Assembly (NCBI GenBank): GCA_030704615.1
Contig: CM060732.1
Location: 80,104,001-80,168,000 of the forward strand
From: Takakia lepidozioides
Taxonomy: Eukaryota > Plantae > Bryophyta
Length of the DNA: 64,000 nt
Direction: 5' to 3'
Of the stretch, positions 1 to 11,675 are shown in pieces. Both the position numbers and the translations under genes were made by a program. Under the pieces are notes generated by a model. That model saw only the letters and a list, made by a program, of their open reading frames with translations, was not told the origin of the DNA and searched no databases. The stretch's first letter is position 1; each line of letters opens with the position of its first letter.

Positions 1-359
1 AGAAGATCTTTGAACATATTCGGGATGGAAAATTGCTTCTCGAAACGTCAGTGAAGGCAGCAATGATCAACAACTGGTCGATCATGGTGCTCGTGTCTTC
101 TTCTGAGGACTGCTCTGAGAGTAGACCTAAACTTGAGAAGACAAATGCGATGTTGAATGACTTGGTAAGTACTTTCCCTCCAGATGAACAAACCCGTTTT
201 TTTGAGAATTGGTTGACAGCGGTCGATGACCTTCACACCACCCATGGCGAGTTGAGCATCATGGAGAAGTGCATGAATAATTACAGGCCATGGCCTGATC
301 TAACAGCTGCACAAAATGCTTGGCTAAGCCAAGTGCGACAGTCTCTCTCTGATGTCTAG
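1..359 (+). CDS. 3' end of BTB/POZ-domain protein paralog (gene starts before the window)
   Basis: Nearly identical to the 3' part of ORF 6445-7911 (KIFEHIRDGKL.LETSVKAAMINNWSIMVLVSS). It continues as FPPDEQTRFFENWL...WPDLTAAQNAWLSQ, which resembles the conserved C-terminus of plant At3g50780/At1g63850-like BTB proteins. Confidence 0.8.
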   Translation, partial: KIFEHIRDGKLLLETSVKAAMINNWSIMVLVSSSEDCSESRPKLEKTNAMLNDLVSTFPPDEQTRFFENWLTAVDDLHTTHGELSIMEKCMNNYRPWPDLTAAQNAWLSQVRQSLSDV

Positions 360-1303
360 TCTTAAGAAGGAGGAACCTGCCTCAGCTGAGACTCAGACGA
401 GATGGCAACAAGGTTAGGCACAGAACCCCTGATAGCACCAAAAGATTGGATCAAAGTGTTTCTTCCGGATGCAAAAGAAATAGAAAAGGGACCAGATTCA
501 AGCATGCTGTTGATTTAGACTTGGGGCCTTGGAGAGAATGACAGAAAAAAGGGAGACGAAAGAAGTGCACACCAGATCCAGTCCTGGATATCCAGTACCC
601 CAACTTTGTATGCTAATTTTGGAGGGCATTTTCATTTTCCCATGGGACCAGAGGAGGAGGTGGCTTTTGCTCATCATACTCTTCTATCCCGCCCCACAAT
701 ATCTGTAATACAATCATTTTTGGGTTGCCTTACAACATACACCCTCATTATCCCTATTGCAAAGTGTAACCCAAACTTGTTAAGTATGAGCATTTGCTGC
801 ACCATGATCTACTAAATGCAAGGGTTGTGCAAGAACATACATTTTGACAATCTCCCTTTTCTTGTCTTTGCCACTGAGACGTATGTGCAAGCTATGTTGT
901 CCAATTCACAGGGATTCAAGCATGCCTTCCTGTTTTGGAATTCCCGTGTTAGTTTTTAGTGTCCCTCTTTGCTCAACGTTCCAGCTTTGGTTTTTCCCTG
1001 TGGCTCAATACCTCGCATGTCACCCCCAAGAAGTTCTGAGTGGATACCTGTAGGGCGTCATATCAGAATGTTCAGAAACAGCACGACTCATCCAGTCTTC
1101 ACAAACTTTTAGAGCTAACAGTTTCATGAAGTTGCAGTTGATCCCACTATGCATTGTTAAGTAGGTTCCTGCTTTGCATTTTTTTCTATTCTGTTCAAGC
1201 TTTGGTCATCCTTTGAAGTTCCTGGTCCTTGTCTTTGTATGGTTCATCTTAGTCCTCATTTTATCCCTCAGAAAGTACTCTCATTTGATTGCTAGAGCTT
1301 TTC
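1..1303 (+). repeat. Direct duplicate of about 7679-8929 (BTB 3' coding region and 3' flank)
   Basis: Colinear high identity by eye. Homology ends at gattgctagagcttttct in both copies. Confidence 0.92.
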
Positions 1304-1309
1304 TACCCC

Positions 1310-3030
1310 CCCACCGGAGGAAAGACGATTGCAACTGTTCCAAAAAAATTCACACCAGGAAACTTGACTTCCACAGCCCCCATGGGCAGCCCAAGGGCCA
1401 TAGGAGACATAAGAATGACACCGAACAACAAGATGATCTCGAAGAATGATTCAAATCCCCAATGTTGCACAGCAGATAATTAAAACTACTTTACAAGAGA
1501 AATAAAATGAAATGGCACTCCAGAGCTGAGGGCCCTCGACAAGCAGCCCAAAACACAAGCAGCCCAAAAAAAGGAGACTAAAAGATACTACAGTTCAACT
1601 CACCATTAAAAAGTGAATGGTCACTATAGTAGAAAGTGGAAGTAACTAAATAGATCGTAGAGATCTAAACACTAGGACCTTAATGTCTAATCTTGGGGGT
1701 GAAGCCAGTAGTCGACATCAAGAACATCACATCAAGAACATCAAGAGTACGATAGTGGTTTCTATGATTGGATTGGAGAGCTTAAACTTTAGCTATCAAT
1801 TCTAACATGGTCTTAGGGCCATTCTTCTCTAGGTGAGAGTTTGTGGTTGAGTTGAGAGAATTTAATCATGGCTGAAGTATCATCTTCTGGCAATCCTGCT
1901 CAAATGTCTGTTACCACTACATTAGACGTGAGAATAGAAAATCAGTTCAATGGAACTAACAATCAAACCTATAATTTTGGAATAGAGATGGTCCTTCTAG
2001 ACAAAGATCTATGGGGAGTAGTTGATGGATTAATCTCATGACCAGACACTTTTGTTGGCCAAACTATATGGGATAGAATGCAAGAACTAGTATCATTATT
2101 GAGAGACAAGAACTATAAATGAGACAAAGTATATCACATCGCGGGTGTATGCGACATGAAAGTGTGCCATTAATGATGTGGGTGCTTGATGGCGGAGATG
2201 AATTTGTAATGACCAGGTCATAATCCATGACCCTGAAGTATTTCTAGCCCAATTTGACGGAAGAGGCTGAGGAGTATGTCAAGACATGCACCACATGTCA
2301 GGCAGCCTAAATAATACAATTCCCTTCTCTTTCTCTCAAGGCCCTCGGCTCCCTGTGGACATTTTAAAATTTCCTCGTCTCTTGACATTTCTATGGATAT
2401 TATATGTTTTGTAATAAGTGTGAGTATCATTTCATTTCTATCGAGAGACATTCATGGTCCGCTGTGATGATAGAATCATGTGGCCTAACTACATGTCTAT
2501 GGCTCTATCTCTATCAAGGGACAACAAAAGGGAAATAAAAAGTAAACAACTATTGTCTGTTATAAGATAGCCAATCTCTCACAAAGGTCTTTCATAGCAG
2601 CATATCCATATGAGACATTAACTCTTGGACAATCTCCTGAGCAATACATGGTTTATGGGCTGAAGCTTCAATATTTCTTGTTTCATTCTTTCTCGTATAA
2701 GCTCTTTGAACTCTCTACGGACATTGTAATCATTTCATTTCGTTTCTTCATTCCAATCAACTTTTTGGGTTTCTCTGTATGCTTTGGACGTTTGTGACTT
2801 AGACACTTTTGAAACGGGGATAAATTGATTTTCACTACTGATGGTAATGGCCCATACGTCATTTGTTCATCTCCCATAATAGAGGGTGCATAGCCAATCT
2901 ACGACGCGTCAGTACATTCTCATAGTGGAAAGATCTACTCACACATTATTCATGGTTTGTTATAATTTTGTTTTCCCAACAAACAAAGGGCTTGGAATGG
3001 GCAACCGTCATGCGTATTTGGGCCAACGAC
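1310..3030. pseudogene. Rearranged partial copy of the UvrD helicase gene segment ~13240-14570
   Basis: 1310-1555 matches 13240-13465 (direct), 2167-2232 matches 13683-13749 (direct), and 2297-3030 matches the reverse complement of 14570-13765. It includes QTKGLEWATVMRIWAND versus helicase QAKGLEWAAVILVRANE. Confidence 0.88.
1600..2150 (+). mobile_element. Ty1/Copia 5' remnant (LTR end, PBS, start of gag)
   Basis: ctaaca-TGGTCTTAGGGCC at ~1808 resembles the tRNA-iMet PBS TGGTATCAGAGC. The ATG at ~1868 leads to RIENQFNGTNNQTYNFGIEMVLLDKDLWGVVDG, a copia gag N-terminal motif. Confidence 0.7.
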
Positions 3031-3196
3031 TCCGTTTCTTTATTTTGGATCCGCCGAGTATTGCCTCCACTTTGTACTCGGGTTCATTCTCGCGATTCAG
3101 AAGCACTGGTGGTGGACGCAAGACCCTTTGCCGAGTTGGACTCGCTTCATCTTTTAAATAAGGCTTCAAAAATGAGACATGAAACATTGGTTGCAC
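3030..3196 (-). mobile_element. Ty3/Gypsy chromovirus integrase C-terminus / chromodomain fragment
   Basis: QPMFHVSFLKPY...PPPVLL...EPEYKVEAIL matches the HPVFHVSxLK...EYEVExI motif. Confidence 0.75.
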
Positions 3197-3204
3197 ATTG
3201 TGCC

Positions 3205-5884
3205 GCCCATGCCAAAACTGAACATGCCCTCATGTTTGAGGGCATATCTGACATTTGGCAAACATCCGGGGGGATAAACCGTATGGCAAACATCCAGGGG
3301 GGTAAACCGTATGAAGGTAATCCTACCTACTTCAGGAACCTACTGTAAAATTTTCAAGTGATTTCGCCGTGTCATCAGGAAGATTATAACAAAAATGTAA
3401 GCTGTAAATATTTATTGTGCTCTAGTTTTGGAGTGAAAAAATGGTTTGACCAAGCAATTGGCCTGGCAAAATGATTTTTCATTGATACAGCATACCCAGA
3501 TTCTAATTGGCTGGCATGTACAGCACCTGGGGCCAAGATTCCAGAACCAAATTCCAAAACCACATGAGGGTTGCTTTGTATGGGAAAATCGGTGGGTCAA
3601 AAATGCTCTCCATTACAATTGACCCCAAATCTGCCTCAAATGTGTCCAAATTTTCATCACAATGTCAATTCCTCTGGTCATATTGTTCCTTGCGTGGAAA
3701 CTCACCACCATAACAAAATTTGGAAACATTCTAACCACTCTACATGCATAGATTTCCATTTGGGCCTATTTCTACTTGAATCCAAATTCCGGGGAACTCA
3801 TGCCTAAGCCGACAGAGGATTCCGGCACAAAAAATCGGGCTACGTCATCGACTCATGGGGAATTGCCGGGCACCCGAAACGCAGCACCCGACGAACGCGA
3901 AGGCAGGCCCTTTCTTTCATCGTGCGAATCTGCAAGTAACCAACTGCCAACCGTCTGAGATGTCAGTGCAGAATACAAGGGAGGCATTTTCCGGACAAAG
4001 CTCCTGCAGCAGCTCCTCCACAGGTCGAGGTAAAAGAAAATTCGTGCGTGGGCACACAGCTTCCTTCTGTAACCTACATCCGCTGTGGAGTCGTAGTGAG
4101 AGACGAGGGCTGCAGGAGATTGCCACCAACACAAACCAGCAGCTTGTTCCTCATTTCACAGCCGTTCTCGAAGCTTCAGTACACAGCCCGAAGAAGAACA
4201 AAATTCCCTGCGTTGTCACGGGTGATGGCAGCATCACCTACAAGCAACGCTGCTGAACTGGCAGATCTTTGGGGTGCAGACCCAGGCTCCGTTAGTGAGG
4301 TCAACATCTGGCAAAGAGACTGTCTTACATTCTGAAAATGGAATCCAGAGCTTCCCTGGTTACCGCCCTGCCAGTAAGGGCTCACTCCAAGCAACAGACT
4401 AACTCTCTTCCGAATGTCTATCTTCCGATCCACCTAAGAGGGACCTATCCAAACATCTAATCCTGATAGCTACATACATTGCAAGAGAGCACAGAAAATC
4501 ACCAGGAAAGGGTTGAACTTCAAGTATTATGCGGAGGTCAGTAACCAATTCCCCTTGAAGTCTGGGTCTGATGCCAACAATACTTGGACAACCTTCTTTT
4601 CACAAGGACTTGGACTCCAAGCTTCAGGTGAGTTGAGGGTACCTAAAAACCCTATCTAAGAACATCAGAAGAATACAGTTACCTACCTTACAAATCAAAC
4701 CAAAGCTGGACCTCTGCATCCGTCAAGGTGGCATCAGTCACGAGCCTCAAGAGCTCTGTTATCTGATTCCCTGTGGCTTCCAATTTCTGAATCGTGTCCC
4801 TACTGATATATTTACTAGGCAAGTCCGTGCACGGAATGTGACCCTTTTCCTTCATACTTGGTGCCAATATTTCCAATTTTGACCTGACAAACTGTAAGAA
4901 GCTTGACATGGGGGTTGTGGCCACCTTGTTCGTCTGATAATTTTCTCGATAGGCTTCATACTGACTGCCTGCCAAGTTCAGAACATCCAGTTGGTGGTGG
5001 CTCACCTGCATCCAAGGCTTTGCGTTTAGGTGCCATCCATTCCCTAACCCCCACACAGATCACCCCAACTCACCCCAATGAATGCAAGCCTATGTAGAAA
5101 ACAGGCGAGATGAAGATACAGAAATGCAGCACACATGAACACACACAAAATCAGCGCGCATTAGCATCTGTGACGGCAGATAGTACAAGCAGCAACGCCT
5201 CCAAATTGAACCCTAACAGCATCGTCAATGCACAAAATGCAGGAAGATCAAGTTCCAAGGCCATATCTCGCAAAACGGAACAGCTCCCGCTGGTTTTCTG
5301 CATGGAAAATGTGTGGCTGTGCAGCTCGAGCTACGCTCATAATGAGCACACATAGAAACCCCCCTGCAAATCACCTACATGCGACGATAGCAAAAACAAG
5401 CGCAGCAAAAACATAAAGCAGCGACAATCGAGAGAAATGCCCGTAAGCAAGGTGCAAGGAAGGCTGGAGAATGTGCCCGAGAAGATACCCAGCCGCTCCC
5501 GCCACCTCGGGCCCGTCATCATCATTATCTCGGGTGCCTGGGTGTGTCCGCACGGGCGGACATGCAGCCCCATGCCTAAACCCATCGCCGGCTTTTGATC
5601 GCCCCCTCACCCCTTTAGCCTGCCACGTCACTCGGTCAAAGGTGCTGGAGGGCCGTGAACCACCCAATTTTGGGTACCCCTGCACATTAAAAAAATCACT
5701 GACGGCAGGGATTTTATTATCTTAGGGTGCCATAAAGACAGGCGGGTGCATAACATCAAGGCGCACAACTTTCGTTCAGAATATTTTTTCATCTGATGTC
5801 ATCGGACGAAGTTACATCGTGGATGAATTCTGCAGCCCACCCTGACGCGACCCGAAACGGGTCGCCTCGTCCATTAGGGGTTAA
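3205..5884 (+). mobile_element. Left-truncated TIR element of the TTAA/CCCC (piggyBac-like) family with internal cargo
   Basis: 3210-3955 is homologous to 9500-10180. The right end ctcgtccattagggg|ttaa (5866-5884) is the reverse complement of ttaa|cccctaatggacgag, 17/20 identical to the left end at 9463. Confidence 0.75.
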
Positions 5885-6444
5885 CACACCAATGAGGATA
5901 ATCCCTTCATTCATTCATTTGCACAAGAAGAAAGTTAGTTGCTTGCAGTTGCTTGGGCCGAGGGTGAGGACCTCAGGTCTGGAGGAGAGAAAAACTGCAG
6001 TCTGAATCATTCGAAAGGGCACAAATGGGCGCTGTTTGCATGACCTCCACACAGCTTTGTGGTCCTCGTACATACATGAGGTCTCTCTGTTACAACACAA
6101 GGTACTTCACAGCTGCAGAGATACTGAAGTTTGGTTGATCCTTTCCATGTGGTCGCATGGGTTGTACCACTCTTGTCTTTCATTCATACATAGACCGACG
6201 CTGCCAATTCTAACCTCTAGCACCGATCATGCATTTGAGAGGTGTACCGTCGGACCACTGCAAGATCAGGTGGATTTCCAAGTACATCGGGAAGGATCCA
6301 GCAAGAGGGAGGGATTCTGCCCAGCACACTGAGATTTGGAGCTCCTTCATCTACAGTCAGTAAGTTCCTGTCTTTGGTTCGGAAATGCTCTTGAAGTCAA
6401 TCAAAACAAACACGTTCATAAGCTTTTAGGTAGACTTTTCGCTC

Positions 6445-7911
6445 ATGGCATGCACAGCGATGGCAACAACGACGGCAACAACGACGCCGATGGAAAAGGA
6501 GCACTGGTATGGGAACAGGGAGACGAGCGACGTGGTTCTCTTCTTGGTTCAGCCGAAAGGGTCTATCGAAGAGGGAGATAATGTCTGTCCGCCCCCTGTC
6601 AAAAAGCAAAAGAGACCACTGAGAAGCGAGGTTGTTGAAGTGACCCATCGTAATGGACATGAAAGAGGTATTGCTACAGGATATGTATATGGTCGTACCA
6701 AAAGAAACACAAACACAGTTGAAGTGCATCGAGATGTAGATTATTCAGTTGCTAGTGACCCAAGAAACACAGTTGGAGGAGTTGGGGATGTAGGAGACGA
6801 AGCTGATGATGGTGGTCTCGGGACGGACAAGCGACTCATGACATTGCATGTACACTCGAAAGTGTTATGCCGCCACAGCAAGTACTTTGACTCATGCTTC
6901 AGCGAAAGATGGAGGAGCGACTGCAATCAGCCCGTTAAACTTACTCTGAACACACAGATCACAGCATACACAGACTGCATCAAATCCTTTTACTCACCAT
7001 TCTCCTCCGCTCTTTTCAAATCCGTGACACATACACTTAAAATTTTTCGAGTAGCTTCGCAGATCATGTATCAAGACTGTGTGGATGCCTGCATGCGCTA
7101 CCTGGCACTTGTTCCATGGACATCACAGGAGGAGAAGAGGATTTGCACATTTTTTTCAGCTCCCCAATTTCAGGTTTTCATCGCTGAAAAACTCGCTTCG
7201 CGCATTGCAACGTTGAGACCCAACACAGACACATCTAAGATGCTGATGACGAAGCTATTGACAGATTGTTTCCGTAAGTGCGTACATCCAACGTCAGAAA
7301 TAATCAGTTGCGGCAATTTTCGGAGCCGCGAATTATTCAAGAAAGTTCTAATGGAAAATGTTCATGGTCCTTCATCGTTGTTAGGTCTGGCCAAGCATAG
7401 CATGGCAATTGTAAACCACGAGTGTAAGAAGTTCATTGAATCTGTGAAGATTTGCTTTAAGCACTTGGATGACTATGACCGCTTAGGCGATTTTGATGGA
7501 CTTCAGTGGATTGTTTGTCTTATGTTGGATCTTTCTGTGGCCGAAGAGGTCGTGGAGCTGATTGCCTTGGAGGAAACCTGGCCAAGGATCATGAAAGGAG
7601 TATATTACGACGAATTCTGGAAGAGAAATAATTCTCATGTGATTATCTACTGGGCTGTTAGATTGTCCATTATGCTGCAAAAGATCTTTGAGCACATTCG
7701 GGATGGAAAATTGATTCTCGAAACGTCAGTGAAGGCAGCAATGATCAACAACTGGTCGATCATGGTGCTCGTGTCTTCTTCTCAGGACGTCTCTGAGAGT
7801 AGAACTAAATACGAGAAGACAAATGCGATGTTGAATGGCGTTGTTAGTACTTTCCCTCCAGATGAACAAACACAGCGGTGGATGACCATTACAGGCACGA
7901 TCACGACTTGA
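6445..7911 (+). CDS. BTB/POZ domain-containing protein (plant At3g50780/At1g63850-like family), C-terminus altered by deletion
   Basis: 488-aa ORF with TSDVVLFL...LHVHSKVLCRHSKYFDSCFSERW and CMRYLALVPWTSQEEKRI motifs. No introns are apparent. Confidence 0.85.
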   Translation: MACTAMATTTATTTPMEKEHWYGNRETSDVVLFLVQPKGSIEEGDNVCPPPVKKQKRPLRSEVVEVTHRNGHERGIATGYVYGRTKRNTNTVEVHRDVDYSVASDPRNTVGGVGDVGDEADDGGLGTDKRLMTLHVHSKVLCRHSKYFDSCFSERWRSDCNQPVKLTLNTQITAYTDCIKSFYSPFSSALFKSVTHTLKIFRVASQIMYQDCVDACMRYLALVPWTSQEEKRICTFFSAPQFQVFIAEKLASRIATLRPNTDTSKMLMTKLLTDCFRKCVHPTSEIISCGNFRSRELFKKVLMENVHGPSSLLGLAKHSMAIVNHECKKFIESVKICFKHLDDYDRLGDFDGLQWIVCLMLDLSVAEEVVELIALEETWPRIMKGVYYDEFWKRNNSHVIIYWAVRLSIMLQKIFEHIRDGKLILETSVKAAMINNWSIMVLVSSSQDVSESRTKYEKTNAMLNGVVSTFPPDEQTQRWMTITGTITT

Positions 7912-9462
7912 GAGGCCTAGAATACTGGGCACAATGCTTGGCTAAGCCAAGTGCGACAGTCTCTCTCTGATGTCGAGTTTTAAGAAGGGCCTGCGACTGG
8001 GCACCTGTCTCAGCTGAGACACAGACGATGGGTTCTGGTAGCACCAAAGTTTGAATCAAAGTGTTTCATCCGGATACAAAGAAATAGAAAAGGCACCAGA
8101 TTCAAGCATGCTCTTGATTTAGACTTGGGGCCTTGGAGAGAGTGACAGAAAAAAGGGAGACGAAAGAAGTGCACACCAGATCCAGTCCTAGATATCCAGT
8201 ACCCCAACTTTGTATGCTGGCATTTTCATTTTCCCATGGGACCAGAGAAGGAGGTGACCTTTGCTCATCATGCTCTTCTATCCTGCCCCACAGTATCTGT
8301 AATACAATCATTTTTTGGGTTGCCTTTACAACATACACCCTATTGCAAAGTAAAACCCATGACGTGAAACTTGTTAAGCATGAGCATTGCTGCACCATAA
8401 TCGACCAAATGCCCGGGTTGTGCAAGAACAAGTTATATTTTGCCAATCTCGTCATGCATAGGACAATGACACTGAGATGAGTATGTGCAAGCTATGTTGT
8501 CCAATTCACGGGGATTCGGACATGCCTTCCTGTTGTGGAATTCCCTTGTTAGTTTTTAATTTTAATTTTAATTTTTGTTTTTATTATTCCCTTGTTTGTC
8601 CCTCTTTGCTCAACTGTCCCGGCTTTGGTTTTTTTCCTTCGGTTCAATGCCTTGCATCTCACCCCAAGATGTTCTGAGTGGATACCTGTAGGGCATCGTA
8701 TCAGAATATTCACAAACAGCACGACTCTTCCAGTCTTCACAAGCTTTTAGAGCTAACAGTTTCATGAAGTTGCAGTTGATCCCACTATGCATTGTTAAGT
8801 GGGTTCCTGCTTTGCATTTTCTTCTGTTCTGCTCAAGCTTTGGTCATCCTTTGAAGTTCCTGGTCCCTGTTTTTGTAGGGTTCATCTTTTCCTCATAAAG
8901 TACTCTCATTTGATTGCTAGAGCTTTTCTTATGTTGTTTGACTAATCCTTCTGGAAAGATAAACTCCATACAGGTAGACGATGCAGAGGGAGCCTTTAGA
9001 GCTTGTCAAATCCTTCAACATATGGTGTAACTGACTTAAAAATACAACGGGCAGTCTCTTTCTTGGTTGCATTGCATTTCTTTGTGGTCAATTTCTATTT
9101 CTGCTCCAATGGTGCGCCTATTTCCTTACCTTTATAAATTGAACATTCTCTCCCCCCTCTTTCTAGGTGTCCTTAGAGCCCGGGCCCACCTGTCTACTCA
9201 ACAGCCCCCTGCGTGTCCTTCCCCACTTCATCGTGCCAGCTTCTCACTCGCTGATTTTCCTTGAAATGAAACTTGGGTTTACATATTCTCATTTCGCTCC
9301 TCTGTTTATTGGGTCTTTGCTTGTAAATTTCTTACACCAGTTAATATGGGTACCAGTGTTGGGCAGTTATCATGCTTTTTTCATAACCGGCGGTTCAGGT
9401 TACCTATTTCAGATGAGAATGGTTCCAGATTTGAAAACTTTTAATATCAGATAACTTGCCGA

Positions 9463-10507
9463 TTAACCCCCAAAGGACGAGCCCGTTTTTGGTGGACCCA
9501 CTCCAAAACGGAACATACCCTCTTGGATAAGGGTATATTTCTCGTTTGACAAACATTCCCAAGGATAAACCATATGAAAGACACCCTACCTACTTATCCA
9601 CCTGCTGTAAAAATTTCAGGTCATTTGACGGTGTCAGATTAAATTTGTAGTGTACTCCAATTTGAGAGTGAAAGAATGGGTTGACCAAGCATTTGACCTA
9701 CCACAATGATTTTTCATTGATACAGGCCACCTAGATTTAGATTATGAGGCACCTAAAGCATGTTGGCCCAAAATTTCAGAGCCCAAATCCAAAATCTCAT
9801 AAGGGTTGCGTTGTATGGAAAAGTAGGGGGGTAAGAAAACTACAATTGACACCCAAATCAGCCTTAGAGTGTCCAAATTTTCATTGGAACCAGAATTCCT
9901 CAGGTCATATTGTTCCTTGCCTGATTACTCACTACCTTGAAAAAACCATCCATCATTCTAACCCATGTACAGGCAGAGATTCATTCTTTCTGACTTCCTA
10001 CTTGAATCCCAGCTCAAGCCAACTATTGTCTGAGCCGGCAGACAGTACTTTCTGCCAAAAAAAAAACGGACAACGTCATCATTTTGTGACCAAACGCCGG
10101 GGGGGGGGCGAGAAGGGCCCCATAACACCTTGTGGTTTGTCGTCTCGAACTGACGCAACCTGCAACTGTCAACCGTCTTACCTGCTTCCCGTGTGTATGC
10201 TTCATGCGAGCACCTGCATCACCCCCAACCCAGTAAACAGCAAAACAGAGCCATATGTGATTCCCAGACTGGGGGCGGGCTGGGGGGGGAGTTAAACCCC
10301 CCCATCTGCCCAGTGTGCAGACAGTCCTGCCCCTCAAGTATCACCCCAAAAAACACAAATCACAAGCATGAGCTACACTGACCCCCCATTCCAAAAATGT
10401 GAAACCACCGAAACACAAACCTTACACACCCATGTCACCCACAGCCCCGCGACCATCATGGAAGCACAGACGATGCGATTTAGGTTGTTTCGTCCAGTAG
10501 GGGTTAA
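9463..10507 (+). mobile_element. Complete non-autonomous piggyBac-like element (~1037 bp) with TTAA on both sides
   Basis: Left end TTAA|CCCCCAAAGGACGA (9463); right end TCGTCCAGTAGGGG|TTAA (10490-10507). No transposase ORF seen. Confidence 0.82.
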
Positions 10508-11675
10508 TGAAGACATTTCCTCTTACCGCCCCGGTCTTGCTTGGATGATAACTAATTATGTAATGTAGAATCCTCTTGATTACATCTGTAGGGGACTCAC
10601 CTTTCTGCAATTCAGAAACTGGTGTCAAAGAGTCATTAAAGAGTCTTTGCAAAAATGTGCATCACAAGCAGTCTACTTTGCCAAAGCAAGCTGACTGAAC
10701 TTCTTTATGACAGATTCCAAATTGAGCAATGTTTTTCCCTAGGAACACACTAGACCGTGTCTGGTGTCCATACTCTCTTTTGATTTTGTTTCTTGGCCCT
10801 GTATTTTCATTAAGTCAGGGACTATGCATCGGTTGGAGTCCTTTAGATCTCATATCATGGGTTGGAGAAGGGAACGTTGTTCTTATTATTGAGAGAACTA
10901 AATATGAGGATGGACGAATGCACTACATTGAAGATACATTGAACATTACCTGCTAGCATGCATCCATGCATCTTCTCTGGAAACACCCAGAGACAGCTCA
11001 CTCACTATATTTGTAGAGAACCATACCCAACCCCATAGGTTGTTAGGTTATCTTTCATTGATAGACGGGATATCAATGTCTCAATTCCAGTTACCAGTTA
11101 TTTTATCCTTCCCAACTGCCCGCTCCCAGTCAGTGGTATGTAACTAGATTGATAACTAAAAGTTTTCTGGTTCGAAAACTAACAACCACTAGATCAGTGT
11201 TGCATAGCTGATATTTTGAACAGTACACCTAATGTCTCCAATCATTCTATTCTGATGTTGTTTGAAATATACAATTAACTAGGTTGCTATGCTAGCTAAC
11301 CAATCAATCCAAGTTTAACAAGAAAAGGACAACCTTCAACTTCTAAACAATCTTTTGACTCCACTATATTATCTCCAGGGCTTTCCACTACGAAGTTATC
11401 TTGCAATGGACTATAGACTATGGACCGAGATATGGTCCCCTTATAACATTGATTGCCTGTACTATCCCCACTTCTGGACCCCAGCATATCACATACCTGT
11501 TTGGTTGGATGGAAGACATGTCCCTTGCAATTGAAGATGATTTTTCTCATTCTCAACACTGGTCTCCTCACTGCTGAAAGGAAACTTCTGTAGTGGAGGT
11601 TGATGCATCCCAAACCATTCTCTTGTCGGCACTGACGTTTCCATTTGATTATTATTTCCTCCAAATACCTTGTGG

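Noticed and set aside
1310-3030. LINE twin-priming retrocopy as the origin of the inverted helicase fragment
   Set aside because: The geometry fits, but intron sequence is retained, no tail or TSD is seen, and the colinear BTB duplication favours DNA-level duplication.
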